Source: Puniceicoccales bacterium
Lineage (GTDB): Bacteria > Verrucomicrobiota > Verrucomicrobiia > Opitutales > JAIRKQ01
Length of the DNA: 33,684 nt
Reading direction: 5' to 3'
Assembly (NCBI GenBank): GCA_031281895.1
Contig: JAITET010000061.1
Span: forward strand, 1 to 33,684
The translations under genes and the position numbers were made by a program. Below, piece by piece: positions 27,979-33,684 of this stretch; position 1 is the first letter of the stretch, and each line of letters starts with the position of its first letter. Below the pieces are notes generated by a model. It ran no database searches. It was given only the letters and a program-made list of their open reading frames with translations, and was not told where the DNA came from.

Positions 27979-28962
27979 ATGAAGGTGTTGCATCAATTTG
28001 AATTGCCTGATAAGCTGTATAAGGTTGAACAAACTGCGACAGATACCTATGCTATGTTTGTTGCTGAGCCATTTGAGGCGGGTTTCGCCCATAGCCTTGG
28101 CAATGCACTGCGCAGGATCCTACTGAGTTCCATAGAGGGAGCTGCGGTAGTTGCTGTTACAATAGACGGTGTTAGCCATGAATTTCAAAGTGTTCCCGGC
28201 ATAAAAGAAGATATTACAGATATTATCCTAAATATAAAAAGGGTTTTGTTTAAAAAGGAAGGTAACGAGCCACTTATTCTCACCATTGACGTCAATCGTG
28301 AAGGGCCCGTACTTGCCAGTGATATTACTGGTGATGAGGCATTTGAGATCTTAAATCCGGACCAGATCATTTGTTCACTGGACAAAAAACAGAAATTTAC
28401 TGCACAGCTTGAATTACGGGTTGGTCGTGGGTACTTTCTTGGATCCCAACATGAACGACGAACAGAAATAGGTCTTCTTCCCATAGATGCATTGTTCAGT
28501 CCGGTTACTCTTGCCAAGTACACCGTCGAAGATACCCGTGTTGGGCAAATCACAGACTATGATAAACTAGTTTTGGAAATTTGGACCGATGGAAGAATTA
28601 CACCTTCCGAAGCTCTAAAAGAAGCTGCCACCGTTTTACGACGACATTTGGACGTATTTGATATGGCCGCTGCAGGTGACATAACTTTTGAAGATGCTAA
28701 CAAGGAAGCCGATGATGATCAAAATCGTCTCCACAAGCTTCTCAACATGAGCGTCAATGAAATTGAGCTGTCCGTTCGTGCTGCCAATTGTCTAAATAAT
28801 GCTAATATCATGACGGTAGGTGAGTTGGTTATGAAGACAGAAGCTGAAATGTTGAGGTATAGAAATTTTGGTAAAAAATCTTTGAATGAAATCAAAGAAA
28901 AAATGGAAGAGATTGGACTTTCGCTCGGAATGAAAATAGAAGAGCGTTTACTAGATAGGTGA
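27979..28962 (+). CDS. rpoA: DNA-directed RNA polymerase subunit alpha
   Basis: The N-terminal domain has 'EPFEAGFAHSLGNALRRILLSSIEGAAV'. The C-terminal domain has 'IELSVRAANCLNNANIMTVGELV...RNFGKKSLNEIKEKM'. Confidence 0.97.
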   Translation: MKVLHQFELPDKLYKVEQTATDTYAMFVAEPFEAGFAHSLGNALRRILLSSIEGAAVVAVTIDGVSHEFQSVPGIKEDITDIILNIKRVLFKKEGNEPLILTIDVNREGPVLASDITGDEAFEILNPDQIICSLDKKQKFTAQLELRVGRGYFLGSQHERRTEIGLLPIDALFSPVTLAKYTVEDTRVGQITDYDKLVLEIWTDGRITPSEALKEAATVLRRHLDVFDMAAAGDITFEDANKEADDDQNRLHKLLNMSVNEIELSVRAANCLNNANIMTVGELVMKTEAEMLRYRNFGKKSLNEIKEKMEEIGLSLGMKIEERLLDR

Positions 28963-28993
28963 AGATCAATTTTAACATAGCTTTAAGGAGAAG

Positions 28994-29539
28994 ATGCGTC
29001 ACGGAAAACATAGATTTTTATTGGGTTGTACGAAAGAACATCGCGAGGCCCTGATGGCAAACTTAGCATCGGCATTGTTGCGCCATGAGAAGATAGAAAC
29101 CACTTTGGCAAAAGCAAAAGCATTGCGTCCGTTCGTCGAAAAAATAATTACAATGGCAAAAAAAGCCTATCTGGTAGAGGATCCAGCCCAAAAATTGCAC
29201 TACCGCCGTTTAGCAATCGCTCGGATAAAAGATGAAGATGCTGTGGCAATTCTGTTCAATGATAGGGCGAGTGAATTTATTAGAAGAAATGGCGGATATT
29301 CGCGGATTTATAAACTCATGCCACGGATGGGTGATGCTGCCAAGATGGCTATCATAGAGTTAGTTCTTGGAGAAGATATCGGCTATGCTAAGTCGAAGAA
29401 GCGAAATGCTGCAAAGGCAAGGAAATCCACTCCATCCAAAAAGTCCAAGCAGCAACAAAAAACAGTTCCCGATGCAGTTGGAGCGGAAACAGCTACCACT
29501 CCCGACCAAAGTGGGCCGGAACCTGCTACCATCGACTAA
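28994..29539 (+). CDS. rplQ: 50S ribosomal protein L17 (long low-complexity C-terminal tail)
   Basis: 'MRHGKHRFLLG...EHREALMANLASALLRHEKIETTLAKAKALRPFVEKIIT' is the L17 core. The tail 'KSKKRNAAKARKSTPSKKSKQQQKTVPDAVGAETATTPDQSGPEPATID' is lineage-specific. Confidence 0.95.
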   Translation: MRHGKHRFLLGCTKEHREALMANLASALLRHEKIETTLAKAKALRPFVEKIITMAKKAYLVEDPAQKLHYRRLAIARIKDEDAVAILFNDRASEFIRRNGGYSRIYKLMPRMGDAAKMAIIELVLGEDIGYAKSKKRNAAKARKSTPSKKSKQQQKTVPDAVGAETATTPDQSGPEPATID

Positions 29540-29555
29540 GGATAAACGAAATTGT

Positions 29556-29768
29556 ATGATTTTTTGTGATTTTTCTTTGATTTTATCAAGCGGGGCCATT
29601 GCCTTGGCAATGTTGATGATAGAGATCAATGAAAGGGTACTATGCCTAAAAGGAAATAGTCGACTGTTTTGGTGTAAAAAATGTGGAGAGTTTTACCTGA
29701 ACAAATCGGATATTGAAATTTGCGAATGCCCAATCTGTGGGGCCCAAAATACCAGACTATCATTTTAA
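29556..29768 (+). CDS. Hypothetical small protein: hydrophobic N-terminus plus CxxC...CxCxxC zinc-ribbon-like motif
   Basis: The 70 codons from ATG 29556 read MIFCDFSLILSSGAIALAMLMIEINERVLCLKGNSRLFWCKKCGEFYLNKSDIEICECPICGAQNTRLSF. There is no convincing SD. The upstream part of the track ORF (from 29367) is an out-of-frame overlap with rplQ. Confidence 0.3.
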   Translation: MIFCDFSLILSSGAIALAMLMIEINERVLCLKGNSRLFWCKKCGEFYLNKSDIEICECPICGAQNTRLSF

Positions 29769-29845
29769 AACAGAGTGATACACATATCTTACTTTTCAAA
29801 GTAAAGTGAATCGTTTTTATTTGCAATGTTGGATTGTATTAATCA

Positions 29846-31207
29846 ATGAAATACTTCGGAACAGATGGCGTAAGAGGAAAATTTGGAACAGGTCCAATTT
29901 GTGAAGAATTTTTTCGTAGATTGGCAAAGGCAACCGAAGGGTTTGCGATTAAAAAATGTGGCAGGGAAAATTTTTCCATTTGCATAGGGCGGGATACTCG
30001 GAAATCAGGAATCGTGTTGCAAAAAGCGTTTGTTGGAGGATTTTCAAAGGACGTCAAAGTATTTGATTGTGGCATTTTACCAACCCCGGCCATTGCAAAA
30101 GTGACCCAACATACGAGATCGAATATCGGCATAGTAATCACCGCATCTCACAATCCAGCGGACGACAACGGTATAAAATTTTTCAACGCAAAGGGAGAAA
30201 AATTTACGGTCCCAGAAGAAGAAGAATTGGAACAAATATTGGGAAATATTGCCCCCATTGCCCACCAAGAACCACAGGTGATAGAGTTTCACCGTGAAGC
30301 GAAACAGAGTTACTGTGATCAATATAAAAATTTTTTGTCAGTCGGAGCACTCTCTAAAATGGTAATTGTTCTGGATTCTGCCAATGGAGCAACCCATGCA
30401 GTGGCGAAAGAAATTTTCGAACATTTTGGAGCTCAAGTAATTCAGATAGGGAATCGTCCGAATGGAGAAAACATCAATGACGCTTGCGGCTCCGAATATC
30501 CAGAAGCTTTGTCAACTCTAATGCAACAAACGCAAGCCACCATTGGAATTGCCCATGATGGTGATGGTGATCGGGTAATAATCTTCGATGAAATGGGAGA
30601 AAAAATCGACGGAGATGTTCTTTTGGGTATGGTAGCAGTCCACCTGCTGGGAACTGATGCGTTGCCGAACAAGTCAATGGTAACTACAATTCAAAGCAAT
30701 CTAGGGCTCGACAAATATTTACAAACCATGGGCATAAATGTCGTTCGATGTGATATTGGTGACAGAAATGTTTACCAGGCAATGGTACGAAATAACTGTT
30801 ATTTTGGAGGAGAGAATTCTGGACATTTAATTTTTAGAAAAATTTCTCCCGTTGGGGATGGCATAGCGGCAGCGCTACTCCTGTTGGACATTGTCTCCGG
30901 GAATAATGTTAGGCTATCAGAACTGAAAACAAAGATTGCCTTATTTCCTCAAAAATCTTTTAATGTAGCTGTGAATGTCAAGGTACCACTTTCGGATATT
31001 GAAGGTCTAAACGAGGATATCGAGAAGATAGATTCAAAATTACCGCCTCCTCACCGCGTATTGGTTCGATACTCTGGTACCGAATCCAAGTTGCGGGTAT
31101 TGGTTGAAGCCCCGGACCAGGAAGTAGTCAACGATGCCTGGAAAGACTTGAAGAAGTCCATAATTGAACGCATGATGGATAATGGTATTTCGGCTTCAAT
31201 TTTGTAA
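29846..31207 (+). CDS. glmM: Phosphoglucosamine mutase
   Basis: The N-terminus 'MKYFGTDGVRGKFG', the active-site 'GIVITASHNPADDNGIKFF', the Mg site 'AHDGDGDRV', 'GGENSGH', and 'RYSGTESKLRVLVEA' identify GlmM. Confidence 0.95.
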   Translation: MKYFGTDGVRGKFGTGPICEEFFRRLAKATEGFAIKKCGRENFSICIGRDTRKSGIVLQKAFVGGFSKDVKVFDCGILPTPAIAKVTQHTRSNIGIVITASHNPADDNGIKFFNAKGEKFTVPEEEELEQILGNIAPIAHQEPQVIEFHREAKQSYCDQYKNFLSVGALSKMVIVLDSANGATHAVAKEIFEHFGAQVIQIGNRPNGENINDACGSEYPEALSTLMQQTQATIGIAHDGDGDRVIIFDEMGEKIDGDVLLGMVAVHLLGTDALPNKSMVTTIQSNLGLDKYLQTMGINVVRCDIGDRNVYQAMVRNNCYFGGENSGHLIFRKISPVGDGIAAALLLLDIVSGNNVRLSELKTKIALFPQKSFNVAVNVKVPLSDIEGLNEDIEKIDSKLPPPHRVLVRYSGTESKLRVLVEAPDQEVVNDAWKDLKKSIIERMMDNGISASIL

Positions 31208-31210
31208 ATC

Positions 31211-31891
31211 ATGCAAGAGGAAGAGACAGAAAGTGACATTCTGATAAGGGCACAAAAAGCCGTAGACGATGGTGATTTTATCTATGCCAAATTTTTGTAT
31301 CGCGAAGCTCTGACCATTAATCCTCAGGATATTGTGGCGAGAACAGCAATGCATGAGCTAAGGGAAAAAGTTTTCACTTCTTCTTCTATGCTTGATAGGA
31401 TCGGGTTTATTTTCTCCGCCATAAAACTATTAATTTACAAGGCAAAGGGAAGTTATGACCAGGTAATCAATGCCGCTGAAGATTTATTGGATATCAGTCC
31501 ATCAAGTGAGTTCGCCTTCAAAAATATTCTATACGCAGCCTATGGTGCTGGGTATCACAAATTGGTAATATTTGCATCACAAAAAGTAACAGAAATGGGA
31601 GCTGAATCGGAGGATTTAATCGTCATAGCCCGGTCATACCTTCATGAAAAAATATTTGACCAGGCCGCCAAAGTTGCAAAAGAAGCCATGGAACTAGCTC
31701 CCGACAGTGAAGAAGCAAAGGATATTCTTTGGAAATCTTCCGTAGAAAAACATATGAATTCGGATGTTGCATTGGTAACTGCTGATGGAAATAAGCGGTT
31801 TGTGCCTCCCAAAGTGGATGCCGAGAAAATTTTTATTGCTTCCCACTCTTCCCACGATGAGCAAGAAAGAAAAAGTGGCGGCAGACATTAG
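31211..31891 (+). CDS. TPR-like repeat protein, function unknown
   Basis: 226 aa. TPR-like helical pairs are 'AQKAVDDGDFIYAKFLYREALTINPQD' and 'ARSYLHEKIFDQAAKVAKEAMELAPDSEEA'. It starts 3 nt after the glmM stop. Confidence 0.5.
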   Translation: MQEEETESDILIRAQKAVDDGDFIYAKFLYREALTINPQDIVARTAMHELREKVFTSSSMLDRIGFIFSAIKLLIYKAKGSYDQVINAAEDLLDISPSSEFAFKNILYAAYGAGYHKLVIFASQKVTEMGAESEDLIVIARSYLHEKIFDQAAKVAKEAMELAPDSEEAKDILWKSSVEKHMNSDVALVTADGNKRFVPPKVDAEKIFIASHSSHDEQERKSGGRH

Positions 31892-31908
31892 GTAAAGGGA
31901 GGTAGGAA

Positions 31909-32835
31909 ATGGAAGACTCCAAGGATAGAATTGTTATTGGGCTGTGCACTTTTAATCGCCCTGAGCCTTTAAAAGAAGCGTTGGATAGCCTGTCGCAAAT
32001 CGACACTCCTGAAAAGGTGGAAGTAGAATTCGTCTTGGTTGATAACGATGAAAATGCCGGAGCAAAATATATTTTCGACGCCTATGCCCCCAATATGCCA
32101 TTCAAATGTAATTATTTCGTTGAAAAGGACCGAGGGCTTGCCCATGTTCGAAATCGGGTAGTAGAAGAAGCACTAAAATTGCATGCAACGGCTATTGCCA
32201 TGTTCGATGACGATGAAATCGTAGCACAGGAGTGGCTCGTAGAGCTATATAAGGCATTTAAAGAGTCAGGATCCGATGGGGTTGCTGGGACAGTCTATAG
32301 GTTGCTCCCGATGGACTCATCGAACCTCGTCAAGAAACTTTGGTCCAGTTGCAAAGAGCCTGCGAACGTTACCCTTAGGTTATTACCCACCAACAATTGC
32401 CTATTTTCAACTAATTTGGTAGATCCCGATGGGGGAAATATACGATTTAATAATGCTTTCAACTTTTCAGGGCGGGAAGATTTGGTATTTTCATTTGATG
32501 CCTTATTTCAAGGAGCAAAATTTACATCTGCTCCCCAGGCTATTGTAATCGAAAAATTTTCCAAGGGAAGAAGTACGTTTAAATATCTGCTAAGACGATG
32601 GTTTGATACTGGGGTCACCGATGTAATGGTGGCTAGGCATTACAGCTTCAGGGTGGGAAAACGCACATTGAAAGAAGTTTTTAACATCATGTGGCGATGC
32701 CTGATCTTACCATTCCTACTACTTAGAGGAGCCAGACCTCCTGCCGCTGCCATTTTATACATAGCAGCTTCTCTAGGATGGCTATGGGGACTATTTGGTA
32801 AAAAAGCGAACTACTATCTTAAACATACTGACTAG
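31909..32835 (+). CDS. Family 2 glycosyltransferase
   Basis: 'IVIGLCTFNRPEPLKEALDSL', 'VLVDNDEN' and the DxD-type 'MFDDDEI' identify a GT2 fold. The C-terminal segment is hydrophobic. A strong SD GGGAGG lies 6 nt upstream. Confidence 0.8.
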   Translation: MEDSKDRIVIGLCTFNRPEPLKEALDSLSQIDTPEKVEVEFVLVDNDENAGAKYIFDAYAPNMPFKCNYFVEKDRGLAHVRNRVVEEALKLHATAIAMFDDDEIVAQEWLVELYKAFKESGSDGVAGTVYRLLPMDSSNLVKKLWSSCKEPANVTLRLLPTNNCLFSTNLVDPDGGNIRFNNAFNFSGREDLVFSFDALFQGAKFTSAPQAIVIEKFSKGRSTFKYLLRRWFDTGVTDVMVARHYSFRVGKRTLKEVFNIMWRCLILPFLLLRGARPPAAAILYIAASLGWLWGLFGKKANYYLKHTD

Positions 32836-32904
32836 GTGTATAGTTCCATATTGTGATGGAGAGAAAAAGTGATAGAATACGAATCACTAAAAAAATTAAA
32901 GGAT

Positions 32905-33684
32905 AACGCGAATCTCAAAATAAAGGGCCCAAATTGAAGGCAATAATGGCCGCACAAATGGCAGAATAAGCGGGTTGTGGGGAGCGAAAACGGGAAAGCG
33001 TTTCACCGAAGAAATTTTTAAATTTTCCGATCATAGTCTCGACGATCGACCGTTTTTTTAGGAATCTTTTTTCTTCCCGGGAGTTTGGAGCCATGTTTTG
33101 GCGATGTTTAGCAATGAGCCGTATACCCTTTTTCGCCAAAGAATCTTTGAGGGTAGTGGAAACGTATCCGCTATCGCCGATCACTGTCCCTGTGCAGCCA
33201 GTGAGCACTTCTTCGGCACAGGAAACGTCGTGTAAATTTCCTGGTTTTAGGGAAAATTTCACAAATTTTCGGGATGCGTTCAGGACGAGATGCAATTTTA
33301 ACCCAAATGTTGTGGAAACCGATGAGTGGGCCCAATTTGCCATATTTTTGAATGTTTTGTGGCTCCGATAGCGGACATTTTTGCACACCGGAAGTGGCGT
33401 TGAATCTATGCAAAAAGTACCCTTACTCCGCTTTGTCCTTCCAATAAAATGAAACGTCTTTGCCTGTCGTTTTATCTGTTTCATAAAGGAAGAATAATTT
33501 GGCATTTTTGGGAAAAATGGGCGTAAAAACTCTCCATTTACCCCCTGGTAGAATGTCTTAAAATCCTTGCATTTACTCAGGTTGAACCATATCTGTATGG
33601 CCAAAATTTCACTCACCCATAACCCACCTTTCCGTCCTCTCCTTTCCTTTTGTTCTATCTTTTTTTTCTTGCAAAGATCGTCTA
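32905..33684 (-). mobile_element. IS982-like insertion sequence (partial; one terminus near 32905, the other outside the window)
   Basis: Similarity to the stump at 6437-6605 stops at about 32905, 10 nt beyond the transposase stop. That defines one IS end. Confidence 0.75.
32915..33684 (-). CDS. IS982-like DDE transposase; N-terminus runs off the window
   Basis: The minus-strand frame stays open for all 22 codons upstream of the track's GTG (..DDLCKKKKIEQKERRGRKGGLW-VSEILAIQIWFNLSKCKDFKTFY), so the gene continues beyond base 33684. DDE-type blocks are 'CIDSTPLPVCKN', 'VIGDSGYVS' and 'KRSIVETMIGKFKNFF'. I assign the IS982 family from memory of these patterns. Confidence 0.8.
   Translation of the reverse strand, partial: DDLCKKKKIEQKERRGRKGGLWVSEILAIQIWFNLSKCKDFKTFYQGVNGEFLRPFFPKMPNYSSFMKQIKRQAKTFHFIGRTKRSKGTFCIDSTPLPVCKNVRYRSHKTFKNMANWAHSSVSTTFGLKLHLVLNASRKFVKFSLKPGNLHDVSCAEEVLTGCTGTVIGDSGYVSTTLKDSLAKKGIRLIAKHRQNMAPNSREEKRFLKKRSIVETMIGKFKNFFGETLSRFRSPQPAYSAICAAIIAFNLGPLF

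Noticed and set aside
29367-29555. First 63 codons of track ORF 29367-29768
   Set aside because: They overlap the rplQ tail out of frame. Only the part after the rplQ stop (from ATG 29556) is considered as a possible gene.
29788-29806. AT-rich hairpin (cttactt/aagtaaag) after the small ORF as the operon terminator
   Set aside because: The stem is only 6-7 A/T-rich pairs with a bulge, and the T-run starts ~7 nt after it. This is too weak to call.
6437-33684. Reading the two inverted IS copies plus the intervening DNA as a composite transposon
   Set aside because: One copy is a 165-bp stump without a transposase or a second end. The supposed cargo is the essential ribosomal superoperon plus core genes. 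I treat it as a recombination substrate or historical scar, not a mobile unit.
1-33684. Scan for CRISPR arrays, tRNA or rRNA genes in the non-coding gaps (4663-5556, 6271-6682, 7337-7465, 11791-11954, 29769-29845, 32836-32914)
   Set aside because: I saw no repeat-spacer periodicity beyond the three units at 5364-5459, no cloverleaf-compatible arms and no rRNA-like conserved tracts. A covariance-model scan would be needed to exclude small ncRNAs.

Overview
Bacterial chromosomal window. All homology calls below come from motif recognition by eye, with no searches. One uninterrupted plus-strand ribosomal-protein superoperon dominates it (11955-29539): rpsL-rpsG-fusA-rpsJ-rplC-rplD-rplW-rplB-rpsS-rplV-rpsC-rplP-rpmC-rpsQ-rplN-rplX-rplE-rpsN-rpsH-rplF-rplR-rpsE-rplO-secY-map-rpsM-rpsK-rpsD-rpoA-rplQ. 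There is no tuf, rpmD, adk, infA or rpmJ at the usual slots. Downstream lie a small zinc-ribbon ORF, glmM, a TPR protein and a GT2 glycosyltransferase. Upstream of the operon are cmk, then dgkA transcribed divergently from two tandem LtaS/sulfatase-type membrane transferases. The left 6.6 kb is accessory DNA. It holds a giant, still-open Type ISP restriction-modification gene, cut at its 5' end by the window, visibly GC-richer than the core and carrying a Gly-to-Arg change in the methyltransferase AdoMet motif. After it come decayed mobile-element genes: a DUF3987-type pseudogene with an in-frame TGA and a frameshift, three iteron-like direct repeats, an intact GrpB-family gene, a fragment of a DUF4143-type AAA ATPase, and a ~165-bp stump of an IS982-like transposase. 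A near-complete copy of the same IS, running off the right edge, sits in inverted orientation at 32905-33684, so the two copies bracket the whole 26-kb core segment. I found no rRNA, tRNA or CRISPR array. I see no clearly novel multi-gene system; the most checkable oddities are the RM motif lesion, the IS bracket, the SecY C-terminal extra helix and the dgkA/LtaS-like module.
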